DNA of 64,000 bases. Source: Pseudomonadales bacterium (GTDB taxonomy: Bacteria; Pseudomonadota; Gammaproteobacteria; Pseudomonadales; Azotimanducaceae). Location of the stretch: contig OZ220466.1 in assembly GCA_965116055.1 (NCBI GenBank), forward strand, positions 689,907-753,906. Direction: 5' to 3'. The position numbers and the translations under genes were made by a program. Of this stretch, positions 1-12,339 are shown piece by piece. Position 1 is the first letter of the stretch; the number at the start of each line of letters is the position of its first letter. The notes beneath the pieces were generated by a model, which was not told the DNA's origin, ran no database searches, and saw only the letters and a program-made list of their open reading frames with translations.

Positions 1-1
1 G

Positions 2-1627
2 GTGTCGGTGAAAGGCGAAGAAATGGCCCCGCCTCAGGTCTCGGCTGAAGTTCTTAAGAAGATGAAGAAAACAGCTGAAGATTACCTTGGCGAAACGGTT
101 ACCGACGCCGTCGTTACAGTACCGGCGTACTTTGACGATGCTCAACGCCAAGCTACTAAAGACGCAGGCAAGATTGCCGGGCTTGACGTCAAGCGGATCG
201 TCAACGAACCGACCGCAGCTGCGTTGGCATATGGGATGGATCACAAGCGTGGCGACGCAAAAATCGTGGTTTATGACTTGGGCGGTGGTACGTTCGACGT
301 GTCCATCATCGAAATTGCGGAAGTTGAAGGCGAGCATCAATTCGAAGTACTTTCAACCAACGGTGATACTTTTCTCGGTGGCGAGGACTTTGATCTGCGC
401 ATCATTGAATATCTTGCAGAGGAGTTCAAAGCTCAAAACGGCATTGATCTACATAACGATCCTATCGCGCTGCAACGTCTCAAAGAGGCAGCGGAGACTG
501 CAAAGATAGAACTTTCGACGAGTCAAGAAACGGACATTAATCTGCCCTACATCACGGCTGACCAAACCGGTCCTAAGCACTTGGTCATGAAATTGACGCG
601 GTCCAAACTGGAGGCGCTAGTCGAAGAACTCGTCAACCGCACCTTGGAACCTTGCCGCGTAGCGTTATCCGATGCTGGCTTGACAGTTGGCGACCTTGAC
701 GAAGTCATCCTGGTCGGGGGACAGACACGCATGCCGCTTGTGCAGCAAAAGGTACAGTCAATCTTTGGCCGTGAACCGCGCAAAGACGTAAACCCCGATG
801 AGGCGATCGCTATGGGTGCGGCCATCCAAGGCGGCGTGCTCTCCGGTGATGTGAAAGATGTACTTTTACTCGACGTAACGCCTTTGTCGTTGGGTATCGA
901 AACGCTTGGCGGCGTGATGTCGGTATTGATCGAAAAAAACACCACGATTCCAGCGCGCAAAGAACAAGTGTTTTCCACCGCCGAAGACAATCAAAGTGCG
1001 GTTACGATCCAAGTGCTGCAAGGCGAGCGCAAAGAAGCGCAGCACAACAAACTGTTAGGTCGCTTCGACTTGCAGGACATCCCTCCTGCACCGCGAGGAG
1101 TCCCGCAAATCGAAGTACGCTTTGATATTGACGCGAACGGGATTCTGAACGTCTCCGCGAAAGACCTTGCCACGAACAAGGAGCAGTCGATCGTGATCAC
1201 TGCATCAAGCGGCTTATCGGCTGACGATATCGAAAAGATGGTACAAGATGCGGAAGCCCACAGCGCCGAAGACGAGAAGTTCCAAGAGCTGGTGAACTTG
1301 CGCAATCAAGCGGATGCGCTTGCCCACTCAACGCGTAAGACGTTAGAAGAACAAGGTGATAAGTCGTCGGAGTCAGAGAAGGCAGATATTCAGAAAGCGA
1401 TTGAAGAACTCGAAGAAGCGGCAAAAGGCGATAACAAGGAGGCTATTGAAAACAAGCTCCAGAACTTGACGAAGGTTTCTGCCCCAGTCATTCAACGGAT
1501 GTACCAGGAAACAGCGGCGAATCAGCAGCAACAAGGTGGCACAAGTGCAAGTGCGGATGATGCTTCTGCTTCTGATGACACGTTGGATGCGGACTTTGAA
1601 GAGGTCAAAGACCCCGATAAGAAGTAA
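2..1627 (+). CDS. dnaK: Molecular chaperone DnaK (Hsp70), 5' end cut by window edge
   Basis: The translation carries Hsp70 signatures ([39 protein letters not shown]) and an acidic C-terminal tail. dnaJ follows, as in the canonical dnaKJ operon. Confidence 0.97.
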   Translation: MSVKGEEMAPPQVSAEVLKKMKKTAEDYLGETVTDAVVTVPAYFDDAQRQATKDAGKIAGLDVKRIVNEPTAAALAYGMDHKRGDAKIVVYDLGGGTFDVSIIEIAEVEGEHQFEVLSTNGDTFLGGEDFDLRIIEYLAEEFKAQNGIDLHNDPIALQRLKEAAETAKIELSTSQETDINLPYITADQTGPKHLVMKLTRSKLEALVEELVNRTLEPCRVALSDAGLTVGDLDEVILVGGQTRMPLVQQKVQSIFGREPRKDVNPDEAIAMGAAIQGGVLSGDVKDVLLLDVTPLSLGIETLGGVMSVLIEKNTTIPARKEQVFSTAEDNQSAVTIQVLQGERKEAQHNKLLGRFDLQDIPPAPRGVPQIEVRFDIDANGILNVSAKDLATNKEQSIVITASSGLSADDIEKMVQDAEAHSAEDEKFQELVNLRNQADALAHSTRKTLEEQGDKSSESEKADIQKAIEELEEAAKGDNKEAIENKLQNLTKVSAPVIQRMYQETAANQQQQGGTSASADDASASDDTLDADFEEVKDPDKK

Positions 1628-1670
1628 AGAAATAGCCGTGTGCCATTCAGCGTTACTGCATAATTCTGTC

Positions 1671-1708
1671 CCGAAGGATCGTGCCTTGAACCGTGGGCGA
1701 TCCTTCGG
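1671..1708 (+). promoter_or_regulatory. Intercistronic dnaK-dnaJ hairpin (perfect 11-bp inverted repeat CCGAAGGATCG / CGATCCTTCGG, 16-nt loop)
   Basis: The inverted repeat was read directly in the 158-nt dnaK-dnaJ spacer. No U-run follows it, so it looks like an mRNA processing/stability or attenuation structure rather than a full terminator. Confidence 0.45.
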
Positions 1709-1785
1709 TCATATTAGGCGGATGCAACGCGAAACTCCCGCCGTGCGCTGCATTGATGCATGCGTGGCTACCTGTATAACCAACG

Positions 1786-2946
1786 ATGTCTGAAGATTTC
1801 TACCAAGTGCTCGGCGTTCAACGCCACGCGAACGAGAGCGATATTAAGAAGGCATATCGTCGGTTAGCGATGAAGTACCATCCTGATCGCAGCGAAGGCA
1901 AATCGGATACCGACGAAGAAAACTTTAAAAAAGTTAATGAAGCATACGCCGTACTCTCCGACAAGGAGAAACGGGCGGTGTACGATCAATATGGCAAGGA
2001 GGGTCTTCAGGGTCAGTTTGGTTCGAATACATTCTCGTTTGGCGGTCGCGGATTTGAGGATGTATTTGGCGGCGGATTCGACGACATTTTCAGTAGTGTA
2101 TTCGGTGGCCGTACGCGCTCGGCGAGAAGCCATGGGGGCGGCGAGCCAGGCGAAGATCTACAGTACGATCTAACCATTACGCTTGAGCAGGCTGCGCAGG
2201 GTGACCAAGTTGAAATTGACGTTGATGCCATGCGGCGCTGTGATACTTGCCACGGGTCGGGTGCGAAGCCCGGCACGGCGCCCAGGACTTGCCCGGCATG
2301 TAACGGTACCGGCCAGCAATTTATCAATCGAGGATTTCTAAGAGTCGCGTCCACTTGTAGTCACTGTCGAGGTACGGGTCAAGTGATTGACCAACCCTGT
2401 CCAACATGCCACGGACAGGGTCGTCTACGCAAACACAAATCGCTTTCGGTCACGGTGCCGGCCGGCATAGATGACGGCATGCGACTCAAATTACGTGGCG
2501 AAGGTTCTGATGGTTTGCGCGGCGGTCCAGCAGGCGACCTCTATATTCAGTTTTCTGTAAAGCCGCATGAGATTTTTGAACGTGACGGCCGAAATTTGCA
2601 TTGTCGAGTACCTGTCTCGTTCTCGAAGGCTGCCTTAGGTACGGATCTTGAAGTGCCGTCGCTAGACGGTAAATTGCGTATCAAAATACCAGAGGGCACA
2701 CAGAGTGGTCGTGAATTCAGGTTGCGCGGTAAAGGCATGCCGTCGGTTCGTTCGCATGAACGACATGGTGATCTCATTTGCCAAGTCGTCATTGAAACGC
2801 CACAATCGTTGACTTCTAAGCAAAAAGACCTGTTAAAAGCGTTTCAAGAATCGCTGGACAGGAAGCCGAGTAAGCACAGCCCCACGCACCACAATTGGTT
2901 CGAGAAGCTAAAGGGCTATTTCAACCACAATGGCATTGAAGGGTGA
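1786..2946 (+). CDS. dnaJ: Co-chaperone DnaJ
   Basis: J-domain with the HPD motif (KYHPDRS), a G/F-rich linker and four CxxCxGxG zinc-finger repeats (CDTCHGSG, CPACNGTG, CSHCRGTG, CPTCHGQG). Confidence 0.96.
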   Translation: MSEDFYQVLGVQRHANESDIKKAYRRLAMKYHPDRSEGKSDTDEENFKKVNEAYAVLSDKEKRAVYDQYGKEGLQGQFGSNTFSFGGRGFEDVFGGGFDDIFSSVFGGRTRSARSHGGGEPGEDLQYDLTITLEQAAQGDQVEIDVDAMRRCDTCHGSGAKPGTAPRTCPACNGTGQQFINRGFLRVASTCSHCRGTGQVIDQPCPTCHGQGRLRKHKSLSVTVPAGIDDGMRLKLRGEGSDGLRGGPAGDLYIQFSVKPHEIFERDGRNLHCRVPVSFSKAALGTDLEVPSLDGKLRIKIPEGTQSGREFRLRGKGMPSVRSHERHGDLICQVVIETPQSLTSKQKDLLKAFQESLDRKPSKHSPTHHNWFEKLKGYFNHNGIEG

Positions 2947-3758
2947 TCCACGTTGGCATTTGTGGGGCTGCCGGACAGATGGGCTGCACGATTACGCAGC
3001 TGATTGAAGCCAACGAAGACTTGAACCTCACTAGTGCATGCGAACATCCTAATAGCGGCGCGATAGGGCGCGATTGTGGTGAGGTCGCTGGGGTCGGTTC
3101 GGTCGGTGTCGAGATATCGGACGACATTGAGAGCACGGTGCGTGAATGCGATGTGTTGGTGGACTTCAGCCACGCAGATAGCACGACACATATCGCGGCG
3201 CATTGTGTTCGACTAGGCAAAGGGCTTGTTATTGGGACGACCGGACATTCCGATGAGCAGCTCGCCGAAATCAAGTCGTCCGCAGCATCTACTCCGGTAC
3301 TCATGTCGCCGAATATGAGTATCGGCGTAAACGTCATGTTCAATCTAGTCGCGATGGCGACCAAAGCGCTCAGCGATGTCGATATAGAGATTTTTGAAAC
3401 GCATCACGCACTGAAGAATGATTCGCCTTCCGGTACGGCCATACGTTTAGGTGAAGTCGTTGCTGATGCGAGAGGCGTAAAACTTGACGAAAAAGCTGTG
3501 CATGGCCGGGTTGGTTATACAGGTCAGCGTGAGCGGGGGACTATCGGTTTTCATTCAGCCAGAGGCGGCGATATCGTCGGCGAGCATACGGTGATCTATG
3601 CTGGGATTGGCGAACGTGTCGAAGTCACCCACCGAGCGCAAAGCCGCGCTAATTTCGGTGCCGGGGCCATTCGCGCGGTGCGTTTCATCGCGGCAAAAAT
3701 GGCTGATCATCAGACCGGTTTTTACGATATGGATAGTGTGCTGGGGCTTGAGTCTTAA
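2943..3758 (+). CDS. dapB: 4-hydroxy-tetrahydrodipicolinate reductase
   Basis: GTG start overlapping the dnaJ stop (GTGA). N-terminal dinucleotide-binding GAAGQMG. The motif EIFETHHALKNDSPSGTA matches the DapB E-x-HH-x-K-x-D-x-PSGTA signature. The product aligns colinearly with E. coli DapB from memory. Confidence 0.92.
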   Translation: MIHVGICGAAGQMGCTITQLIEANEDLNLTSACEHPNSGAIGRDCGEVAGVGSVGVEISDDIESTVRECDVLVDFSHADSTTHIAAHCVRLGKGLVIGTTGHSDEQLAEIKSSAASTPVLMSPNMSIGVNVMFNLVAMATKALSDVDIEIFETHHALKNDSPSGTAIRLGEVVADARGVKLDEKAVHGRVGYTGQRERGTIGFHSARGGDIVGEHTVIYAGIGERVEVTHRAQSRANFGAGAIRAVRFIAAKMADHQTGFYDMDSVLGLES

Positions 3759-3776
3759 ACTCGTGATTTTTGATTT

Positions 3777-3805
3777 AAAAGAGGAGATTTCTCCTCTTTT
3801 TTTTA
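3777..3805 (+). terminator. Rho-independent terminator after dapB
   Basis: AAGAGGAG-ATTT-CTCCTCTT stem-loop followed by a T-run (TTTTTTTT), 19 nt after the dapB stop. Confidence 0.65.
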
Positions 3806-3836
3806 ATCTGTATTTACCGTTTTGCACAACTTGCCT

Positions 3837-4994
3837 ATGGCCGGCATGACACCAGCGATCCTCGCCTTGGCTGATGGAACGATCTTCCACGGACAATCCA
3901 TAGGTGTGGACGGACATGCAGTAGGTGAAGTCGTATTCAATACCTCAATGACGGGGTATCAGGAGATTCTGACGGATCCGTCTTACATGCGCCAGCTTGT
4001 CACACTGACATACCCGCACATTGGAAACACTGGCACGAATGGAGTTGATTTCGAGTCGACGCGCGCGTGGGCAGAAGGGTTGGTCATTCGCGATCTACCG
4101 GTCCGTTCGTCGAGTCGGCGCGAGCAAGCCTCGTTGACTACTTTTTTACGACGTCAGAACTTGGTTGCGATCGCGGATATCGATACACGCAAACTCACGC
4201 GAAGGATCCGCGAGAGCGGTGCAATGGGGGGTTGTATTAGTGCAGGATCGGACGCGGATGAAACAAGTGCAATCGAACAAGCCCGGATATTTCCTGGATT
4301 GAATGACATGGATTTAGCCAAGCTCGCGTCCCGCCAGGAGGTTATGGCATGGACGGAAGGCAGTTGGTATAGCGAGCATGGGACCGAACGATTTCGAACA
4401 CCCGTCGGTACGGGGTACCGAGTGGTGGCATATGACTTCGGCGTCAAGACCAACATACTGCGTTTGCTGGTCGATCGGGACTGTGAAGTCATTGTGGTGC
4501 CTGCTACGACCAAGGCTCATGAGGCGCTCGCATACGAACCGGACGGGATTTTCTTGTCGAACGGTCCTGGCGACCCTGAACCATGTGACTACGCCGTTGA
4601 AGCAATTCAGCACTTTCTTGATTTAGGACTACCGATATTTGGTATTTGTCTCGGTTATCAACTACTAGCCTTGGCAAGCGGTGCACAGACCGTCAAGATG
4701 CCGTATGGCCACCATGGCGCCAACCATCCAGTCTTCGATCTTGACGCAGAAACTGTGATCATTACGAGTCAGAATCATGGTTTTGCGGTTGATCGTGAAT
4801 CCCTGCCTAAAAACTTACGTGTAACGCACATTTCTTTATTTGATAAGACGCTGCAAGGCATTGTTCGAACGGATGTTCCTGCTTTCGGCTTCCAAGGGCA
4901 TCCTGAGGCAAGCCCCGGACCGCAAGACTGCGGGTTTTTGTTCGACCGGTTTGTCGAGTTGATGCATGAACACAAGCACATGACGCATGCCTAA
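3837..4994 (+). CDS. carA: Carbamoyl-phosphate synthase small (glutaminase) subunit
   Basis: [19 protein letters not shown] and TYPHIGNTG match the CarA N-domain. The class-I amidotransferase motifs are GICLGYQLL (Cys) and [12 protein letters not shown] (His). The ORF opens at 3822 (TTG), but ATG 3837 or 3846 fits the E. coli N-terminus better. Confidence 0.93.
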   Translation: MAGMTPAILALADGTIFHGQSIGVDGHAVGEVVFNTSMTGYQEILTDPSYMRQLVTLTYPHIGNTGTNGVDFESTRAWAEGLVIRDLPVRSSSRREQASLTTFLRRQNLVAIADIDTRKLTRRIRESGAMGGCISAGSDADETSAIEQARIFPGLNDMDLAKLASRQEVMAWTEGSWYSEHGTERFRTPVGTGYRVVAYDFGVKTNILRLLVDRDCEVIVVPATTKAHEALAYEPDGIFLSNGPGDPEPCDYAVEAIQHFLDLGLPIFGICLGYQLLALASGAQTVKMPYGHHGANHPVFDLDAETVIITSQNHGFAVDRESLPKNLRVTHISLFDKTLQGIVRTDVPAFGFQGHPEASPGPQDCGFLFDRFVELMHEHKHMTHA

Positions 4995-7900
4995 GCGCAC
5001 CGACATTGAATCGGTACTGATTCTTGGCGCAGGGCCGATTGTGATCGGTCAAGCCTGTGAGTTTGACTACTCTGGTGCTCAAGCATGTAAAGCCCTTCAA
5101 GAGGAAGGCTACAAAGTCATCCTGGTGAACTCAAACCCGGCGACCATCATGACCGATCCGTCAATGGCTGCACGCACCTATGTTGAACCTGTTGAATGGC
5201 GGACGGTCGCGCAAATCATCCAACGTGAACGTCCAGACACCCTATTGCCTACGATGGGTGGTCAAACCGCCTTGAATTGCGCGCTTGATCTTGTGCGCGA
5301 GGGCGTGTTAGACCGCTTCGGAGTCGAACTGATCGGGGCGAGTAAGGAAGCTATCGACAAAGCAGAAGATCGCGAGTTATTCGACCAAGCGATGGCCCGA
5401 ATCGGGTTGGAGACCGCCCGATCGGGTATAGCGCACAATCTTGAGGATGCCTTGCAAGTCCAGAAGCTTGTGGATTACCCATGCGTCATTCGACCTTCGT
5501 TCACGCTAGGCGGATCGGGTGGAGGTATCGCATACAACGAAGATGAATTCATAGAGATTTGTGCGCGCGGGCTGGATCTCTCCCCTACGAATGAACTTTT
5601 GATTGACGAGTCGTTGCTCGGTTGGAAAGAGTTTGAAATGGAGGTCGTGCGCGATCGTAAGGACAACTGCATCATCATTTGTTCCATTGAGAACATTGAT
5701 GCGATGGGGGTTCATACGGGCGATTCCATGACGGTAGCGCCGGCCCAAACGCTCACTGATAAGGAATATCAGATCATGCGCAATGCATCGATTGCGGTAT
5801 TGCGCGAGATCGGGGTAGAAACAGGTGGTTCCAATGTGCAATTTGCATTGGATCCAACCAGTGAGCGCATGATCGTGGTCGAGATGAACCCGCGCGTGTC
5901 GCGTTCTTCGGCGTTAGCATCGAAGGCTACCGGCTTTCCGATAGCGAAAGTCGCGGCGAAATTAGCCGTAGGATACACATTAGACGAGTTAGATAACGAA
6001 ATCACCGGGGCAACACCTGCTTCGTTCGAGCCTTCCATTGATTACGTAGTGACGAAATTACCGCGATTCGCATTCGAAAAGTTCGAGCAGGCGGACGATC
6101 GCTTAACGACTCAGATGAAGTCAGTAGGCGAATCAATGGCGTTCGGGCGAACGTTTAAGGAATCGCTACAGAAAGCGTTACGTAGTACGGAGACGAATTT
6201 AACCGGTCTCAATTCGATCATTAGCGTGCAAACTGCAGACGATAAACGCCAATTGATTGCAAATCTCCGTCAACCGGGTGCAGATCGATTGCAATATATC
6301 GGCGACGGTTTCCGCTATGGCTTCAGCGTCGACGAACTTTACGACATGACGTCGATTGATCCTTGGTTTTTAGCACAGATTGAAGATTTGATTCGTACGG
6401 AAGGCGACTTAGCAGGTCGTACGTTAAGTTCAATAGACGCAAGCGGTTGGCGTCGATTAAAAAGAGATGGGTTTAGTGATGCTCGTATTGCTGAACTCCT
6501 CGGTGCGGTAGAGACGCAAGTTCGTGAACATCGCCTAGCACAAGGCGTCAAACCGGTCTACAAACGCGTCGACACGTGTGCAGCCGAATTTTCCGCGGCT
6601 ACGGCGTATCTATATTCGACTTACGAAGACGAATGTGAAGCTAATCCGAGCAGCCGTAAAAAGATCATGGTGCTTGGAGGCGGGCCGAATCGCATCGGCC
6701 AGGGCATTGAATTTGATTACTGTTGCGTGCATGCTGTTATGGCGATGCGTGAAGATGGCTACGAGACCATCATGGTGAATTGCAATCCGGAAACCGTATC
6801 GACCGATTATGACACCTCAGACCGACTGTATTTCGAACCAGTCACGCTTGAGGATGTGCTTGCAATTGTGGATGTCGAACGCCCGGACGGTGTCATCGTT
6901 CAATTCGGCGGTCAGACCCCGCTTAAACTGGTCAATCAGCTGACCGAATTTGGTGTAAAAATTATCGGTACGGACTCAAATGCCATTGCAAAAGCTGAAG
7001 ACCGTGAACTGTTCAAGCAGCTTATAGAACGTATCGGTTTGAAGCAACCGAAAAACTGTACCGTATCCTCAATCAAGGAAGGATTAGCGGCTGCAGGCGA
7101 TATTGGCTATCCGATCGTTGTAAGACCGAGTTTTGTACTAGGCGGTCGGGCTATGGAGATCGTGTACAACGATCGCGAATTGAGCATGTATCTCAAAAAC
7201 GCATTACCCGAATCCCATGCAGCGCCAGTTTTACTTGATCGCTTTCTAGATCAGGCAGTCGAGGTGGATGTCGAAGTTGTAGCGGATGGATCTGAAGTCG
7301 TTGTTAGTGCGATTATGCAACATATTGAGCAAGCTGGAGTGCATTCAGGCGATTCGGCGTGCTCATTGCCTCCCCATGACCTTGACGAAACAATTCAGGG
7401 ACGCATTCGTGAACAAGCGGTTGCATTGGCGAAGGAACTACATGTCGTTGGATTGATGAACGTACAAATGGCGATCCAACAAAACGAAATCTATATATTG
7501 GAAGTCAACCCACGCGCATCTCGGACAGTACCATTCGTCTCGAAATGCATCGGTACGTCCCTAGCGAAGGTGGCGGTTCGCTGCATGGTCGGACAATCAA
7601 TACGCAGTCAAGGGTATGTCAATGGCGTGCAATTGAATCACATATGTGTCAAAGAATCGGTGTTTCCGTTTACGAAATTCCCAGGCGTCGATCCAATCTT
7701 AGGCCCTGAAATGAAGTCCACAGGCGAGGTCATGGGTGTCGGCAAAACTTTTTCCGAAGCCTTTTTCAAAGCGTCACTGGCGGCGGGTGTGACGTTGCCT
7801 TGTAACGGTCTTGCCTTTGTAAGCGTGAAAACTTCAGATCGACCTTTTGTTGCCGCGATGGGTCGTGCACTGGTTGAGCTCAATTTCGATATTGTGGCTA

Positions 7901-8205
7901 CGCGCGGCACGGCGGAGATATTAGCCCAGGCAGGAATCGAAGCGGAGCGGGTGAATAAAGTGACCGAAGGCCGGCCAGATGTATCGGATCTGATTCAAAA
8001 TCGAGATGTCAAATTGATCATTAATACCACGGAAGGCCGTCAGTCTATCGTGGATTCCGCGGTCATTCGACGATTGGCTCTAAAAAACAAGATTACATAT
8101 ACCACGACGCTTGCTGGTGGGATGGCGATTTGCTCGGCAATTCGAGATGGTCGCTCGGATCAGGTTCGCCCATTGCAAGAACTACATGAGGCGCTGACGA
8201 CATGA
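4987..8205 (+). CDS. carB: Carbamoyl-phosphate synthase large subunit
   Basis: 1072 aa with duplicated ATP-grasp halves and a C-terminal MGS-like allosteric domain. Colinear with E. coli CarB. Overlaps the carA stop by 8 nt. Confidence 0.97.
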   Translation: MPKRTDIESVLILGAGPIVIGQACEFDYSGAQACKALQEEGYKVILVNSNPATIMTDPSMAARTYVEPVEWRTVAQIIQRERPDTLLPTMGGQTALNCALDLVREGVLDRFGVELIGASKEAIDKAEDRELFDQAMARIGLETARSGIAHNLEDALQVQKLVDYPCVIRPSFTLGGSGGGIAYNEDEFIEICARGLDLSPTNELLIDESLLGWKEFEMEVVRDRKDNCIIICSIENIDAMGVHTGDSMTVAPAQTLTDKEYQIMRNASIAVLREIGVETGGSNVQFALDPTSERMIVVEMNPRVSRSSALASKATGFPIAKVAAKLAVGYTLDELDNEITGATPASFEPSIDYVVTKLPRFAFEKFEQADDRLTTQMKSVGESMAFGRTFKESLQKALRSTETNLTGLNSIISVQTADDKRQLIANLRQPGADRLQYIGDGFRYGFSVDELYDMTSIDPWFLAQIEDLIRTEGDLAGRTLSSIDASGWRRLKRDGFSDARIAELLGAVETQVREHRLAQGVKPVYKRVDTCAAEFSAATAYLYSTYEDECEANPSSRKKIMVLGGGPNRIGQGIEFDYCCVHAVMAMREDGYETIMVNCNPETVSTDYDTSDRLYFEPVTLEDVLAIVDVERPDGVIVQFGGQTPLKLVNQLTEFGVKIIGTDSNAIAKAEDRELFKQLIERIGLKQPKNCTVSSIKEGLAAAGDIGYPIVVRPSFVLGGRAMEIVYNDRELSMYLKNALPESHAAPVLLDRFLDQAVEVDVEVVADGSEVVVSAIMQHIEQAGVHSGDSACSLPPHDLDETIQGRIREQAVALAKELHVVGLMNVQMAIQQNEIYILEVNPRASRTVPFVSKCIGTSLAKVAVRCMVGQSIRSQGYVNGVQLNHICVKESVFPFTKFPGVDPILGPEMKSTGEVMGVGKTFSEAFFKASLAAGVTLPCNGLAFVSVKTSDRPFVAAMGRALVELNFDIVATRGTAEILAQAGIEAERVNKVTEGRPDVSDLIQNRDVKLIINTTEGRQSIVDSAVIRRLALKNKITYTTTLAGGMAICSAIRDGRSDQVRPLQELHEALTT

Positions 8206-8672
8206 AAATACCTATGACCCTAAATGGTCAATCGCAATTACGCGAAGAACTAGCACGTTTGGAGTCGTCTCTAAGTGAAATCGCCGCGGCCATTGGCGAT
8301 GCGATTAAACTGGGTGACTTAAGTGAAAATGCGGATTATCACGCAAATAAGGAAAAGCAGGGTCTCGTCTTGGCGAAGATTCGCCGTATTAAGTCGCGAT
8401 TGGCGAGTGCACAAGTCATTGATGTTCGCAAGCTAGCAGTAAGCAATCGAGTAGTTTTTGGTACGACTGTCACGATCCTCAATCTTGATTCTGGTGATCG
8501 GCAGGTATATCAAATTGTTGGTGAAGACGAAGCGGACGTTTCCTCCCAAAAACTATCGATCACAACGCCAGTAGCAAGAGCGATGATAACGCAAGAACAA
8601 GGTGATACGATTGAAGTAGCTGGGCAAGATCGAATTGTTAGATATAAAATCGAAAAGGTTCAATATATATAA
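8202..8672 (+). CDS. greA: Transcript cleavage factor GreA
   Basis: 156 aa. [27 protein letters not shown] and the C-terminal [10 protein letters not shown]...G match GreA. ATGA overlap with the carB stop. Confidence 0.93.
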   Translation: MKIPMTLNGQSQLREELARLESSLSEIAAAIGDAIKLGDLSENADYHANKEKQGLVLAKIRRIKSRLASAQVIDVRKLAVSNRVVFGTTVTILNLDSGDRQVYQIVGEDEADVSSQKLSITTPVARAMITQEQGDTIEVAGQDRIVRYKIEKVQYI

Positions 8673-8965
8673 CTGTCGTATGATATTTTTAATTATGTTT
8701 TATTTTGTTCGATATAAAAGATAAAACATGGATTCTATTCAAGCGGATCATGTTGTTGCATAGGAATGGATGCCCTATGAACATAGAAGTTTTCATACAT
8801 TATGAAACTAAATCGATAGATTGTTGTCATATAGATACTGCGTCACTAGCCCATACAAAGACAAATCAACAAAAAGTATGAAAAAATGACCATTCTCTTA
8901 TCTCTTGGTAGCGATGGTTATGCTATGATTATGAGCGATTTACGGCAATTCCCGCGGTGTGAGCC

Positions 8966-10903
8966 ATGAGCAGCATGACTAAAAACTTGCTTTTGTGGGT
9001 AGTCATTGGACTCGTTGCGCTGACTCTATTCACAAACTTCACGGGTTCATCGGATTCGCCGGAAATTAGCTATACCGCCTTCGTCGCGGAAGTAGAGGCT
9101 AACCGGGTGAAATCGGTCGTGGAAGAAAACAAGGTCTTGCATGGTACCCGGAAGGACGGCACGACTTTTAAGGTTGTAAAGACGGGCATTCCAGATTCCA
9201 AGATTCTTGACGATCTTCTCAACCGAGGCGTGGAGTTCCGCAGCATTGAGGATAGCGGTAATTCGTTTTGGATGAGCTTGTTGTTAGCTATGCTCCCAGT
9301 CCTGTTTATCGTTGGTCTTTTTGCGCTCATGTTGCGAAATATGCAGGGACTAGGAGGGCGCGGCGGACCATTGCAATTCGCTAAGAGTCGTGCGCGCAGA
9401 CTCACGGAGGAAGAAGTTGACACCACGTTTGCGGATGTCGCTGGCGTGGACGAAGCGAAAGAGGAAGTGCAGGAACTCGTGGAGTTTCTGCGCGATAAAG
9501 AGAAGTTTCAGAAATTAGGCGCCCGGATACCCCGTGGCACGCTTATGGTTGGTGCGCCTGGCACAGGTAAGACGTTGCTGGCGAAGGCTATTGCTGGTGA
9601 AGCGAAGGTTGCTTTTTTCAGCATTTCAGGATCCGATTTCGTCGAAATGTTTGTAGGTGTTGGGGCGTCCCGTGTCCGAGATATGTTTTCGGAAGCGAAA
9701 AACAATGCTCCCTGCATTGTCTTTATTGACGAAATTGATGCGGTTGGGCGCCATCGTGGTGCTGGTTTGGGTAATGGCCACGACGAACGCGAACAAACAC
9801 TTAACCAATTGCTCGTAGAGATGGACGGCTTTCAACCCAATGATGGGGTCATTGTGATCGCCGCCACCAACCGGCCTGATGTGCTGGATCCTGCATTGAT
9901 GCGTCCAGGCCGGTTCGACCGGCAAGTGGTCGTACCTTTGCCTGATATTCGCGGTCGCGAGCAGATCCTCAAAGTTCACATGCGCCGTGCGAAGATCGCA
10001 AATGATGTTCGGCCGGATCTCATCGCGCGCGGTACGCCAGGTTTTTCGGGCGCTGATCTGGAAAACGTGGTCAACGAAGCGGCGCTCTTCGCAGCCCGTA
10101 AGGGTCGTTCTGATGTGACCATGGAAGAGTTCGAGAAGGCTAAGGACAAAATCATGATGGGTGCGGAACGCCGCTCCATGGTGATGTCCGAGAAAGAGAA
10201 GCGAAATACCGCATATCACGAGGCCGGCCACGCGATCGTCGGTTACTCGCTTCCCGATCACGATACGCTTTACAAGATTACCGTTGTACCCCGCGGCCGT
10301 GCGCTTGGTGTGACCACGTTTTTACCCGAGGAAGATCGATACAGTTTGAGTCGATCAGCAGTGGAAGCGCAGATTTGCTCGCTCTTCGGCGGACGTATTG
10401 CGGAAGAGCTGATTAACGGCCCCGATGCTGTCACAACGGGCGCATCGAACGACATTGAACGCGCCACCCAATTAGCGCGAAATATGGTGACGAAGTGGGG
10501 TTTCTCGGATCGGATGGGACCTTTGCAGTACGCGGAAAATGAAAGTGAAGTCTTTCTAGGTATGTCTGCAGGGACGCCGACGAACTCTATGTCGAATGAC
10601 ACAGCTCGTGAAATTGACGAAGAAATTCGGCAGATTGTGGATCGTAACTACGCTCGTGCCAAGTCGATCGTTGAGACCAACATGGACAGACTCCATGCGA
10701 TGGCGAAATGGTTAATTGAATACGAGACGTTGAGCCCAGAGCAGGTCGAAGACATCATGGCAGGGAAAGACCCGCGCCCGCCCGAGGCGCCTCCTATGCC
10801 TGAATCGGGTCCATCACAAGACTTGGCACCCGATTCCGACCCTAATTTGCAAGGTGGTTCGCCGGATGCGCCGCCATTCGGCCCGCCGGCGACAGATTCC
10901 TAG
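8966..10903 (+). CDS. ftsH: ATP-dependent zinc metalloprotease FtsH
   Basis: N-terminal TM helices, Walker [14 protein letters not shown], Walker [14 protein letters not shown] region and the zinc motif HEAGHA. Confidence 0.97.
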   Translation: MSSMTKNLLLWVVIGLVALTLFTNFTGSSDSPEISYTAFVAEVEANRVKSVVEENKVLHGTRKDGTTFKVVKTGIPDSKILDDLLNRGVEFRSIEDSGNSFWMSLLLAMLPVLFIVGLFALMLRNMQGLGGRGGPLQFAKSRARRLTEEEVDTTFADVAGVDEAKEEVQELVEFLRDKEKFQKLGARIPRGTLMVGAPGTGKTLLAKAIAGEAKVAFFSISGSDFVEMFVGVGASRVRDMFSEAKNNAPCIVFIDEIDAVGRHRGAGLGNGHDEREQTLNQLLVEMDGFQPNDGVIVIAATNRPDVLDPALMRPGRFDRQVVVPLPDIRGREQILKVHMRRAKIANDVRPDLIARGTPGFSGADLENVVNEAALFAARKGRSDVTMEEFEKAKDKIMMGAERRSMVMSEKEKRNTAYHEAGHAIVGYSLPDHDTLYKITVVPRGRALGVTTFLPEEDRYSLSRSAVEAQICSLFGGRIAEELINGPDAVTTGASNDIERATQLARNMVTKWGFSDRMGPLQYAENESEVFLGMSAGTPTNSMSNDTAREIDEEIRQIVDRNYARAKSIVETNMDRLHAMAKWLIEYETLSPEQVEDIMAGKDPRPPEAPPMPESGPSQDLAPDSDPNLQGGSPDAPPFGPPATDS

Positions 10904-10928
10904 TTTCTAGTTTCACGGCTTATCGCCA

Positions 10929-12269
10929 TTGGGCGAGGCGAAACAGTTATTCGGTACGGATGGCATTCGCGGTCTTGTCGGCGTTGATCCTGTTACGCCA
11001 TCGTTTGCCTTCCATTTAGGCCGAGTGCTTGCCTGTTTCTTTTTATCTTCTCAGGCGACGGTGTGTACAGGCAGGGATACGCGTCAATCATCCAAGGCGC
11101 TTGAAGCGCAATTGATTGCAGGATTGCATGAAGGTAAAGTCCATGTTGAGACGTTAGGCGTGATGCCAACGCCTGGCATTGCTTACTGCACCAGGCATAG
11201 TCCGGCCGATCTTGGGGTCGCCATCACAGCATCCCACAATGCATTCGAATACAACGGCTTTAAATTGTTCTCGCACAAAGGTGAGAAACTTCATCGCGAG
11301 CATGAGCAAGCCATTGAACAGGCGTTGTTTGAAACGCCGCGCACATCGCCTGCTCGTGAATATTCAGACGGCGACGTGAACTCCGAATTACGCGACGCTT
11401 ATTTGGATTTTTTACGCGGTCGTGCAATGCGAATTGGCAAAGTTTCTCTAACAGGCGTTGTGGATTGCGCACATGGCGCAACGACAATGACCGCGCCGAA
11501 AATGCTTAATGAAGTGTTCGATAAATTGCACTGGATTGGCAATAAACCCACCGGGACTAACATCAACGATCACGTAGGTTCGACTTACCTGGAAACAACA
11601 CAAAATAAAGTTAGAGCAACGCGTGCGGACATAGGTATAGCGTTTGACGGGGATGGCGACAGGGTATTACTCGTGGATCACGAAGGGACAGTGGTCGATG
11701 GAGATCAAATTCTTTATTTGTTAGCTAAGCATAGTGAGTCTGCTACTGATGGCCGAGGGGTAGTAGGCACGGTGATGAGCAACCATGGGCTTCAATTAGC
11801 ACTCAATGAACTTGAGATCCCGTTCGTTCGTGCCGATGTCGGCGACAAAGAAGTGTATGACGAGCTTGTTAAGCGTCAATGGCTACTCGGCGGCGAACCT
11901 TCTGGTCACGTGATATGGCGAGCAGCCTCTCACACCGGCGATGGCGTGCTCATCGCGCTGTGCTTACTAAATCTAGTTGAGCGGTTGGGAAAATCCTTGC
12001 GCGAGTTAGTCTCCGAGGTGTTGATGTTCCCACAAGTACAACGTGGCGTGTATGCGCCGAATCCTGCATTGTTCGCCGAGAGTCCGGCAATATTGGCAAT
12101 CGTGACTGAATACAGGGACCGAATTGCATCCGAGGGCCGATTGCTCGTTCGCCCATCCGGTACGGAGCCCCTGTTGCGGGTAATGGTTGAACACCCGGAT
12201 GAAAAGACGGGGATAGAAGTGGCAAATGCTCTTGTCAAAGCAATTTCACCAGTGACTAAACTGAGTTAA
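10929..12269 (+). CDS. glmM: Phosphoglucosamine mutase
   Basis: TTG start. FGTDGIRG N-terminus, active-site serine loop TASHNAFEYNGFKLF, metal loop FDGDGDR and GGEPSGH sugar-binding loop. Confidence 0.93.
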   Translation: MGEAKQLFGTDGIRGLVGVDPVTPSFAFHLGRVLACFFLSSQATVCTGRDTRQSSKALEAQLIAGLHEGKVHVETLGVMPTPGIAYCTRHSPADLGVAITASHNAFEYNGFKLFSHKGEKLHREHEQAIEQALFETPRTSPAREYSDGDVNSELRDAYLDFLRGRAMRIGKVSLTGVVDCAHGATTMTAPKMLNEVFDKLHWIGNKPTGTNINDHVGSTYLETTQNKVRATRADIGIAFDGDGDRVLLVDHEGTVVDGDQILYLLAKHSESATDGRGVVGTVMSNHGLQLALNELEIPFVRADVGDKEVYDELVKRQWLLGGEPSGHVIWRAASHTGDGVLIALCLLNLVERLGKSLRELVSEVLMFPQVQRGVYAPNPALFAESPAILAIVTEYRDRIASEGRLLVRPSGTEPLLRVMVEHPDEKTGIEVANALVKAISPVTKLS

Positions 12270-12339
12270 ATAGTCAAGATGGGGCACTTTAAATCGCTAA
12301 AATCTGCCCTCGAATCGCAGTGGCTTTGACTGTAAGATC

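Noticed and set aside
9626-10261. 211-aa minus-strand ORF inside ftsH, and a 172-aa ORF (36400..36918) in an alternative same-strand frame inside pgi
   Set aside because: They are embedded in strongly supported conserved genes, have biased composition and show no independent evidence.
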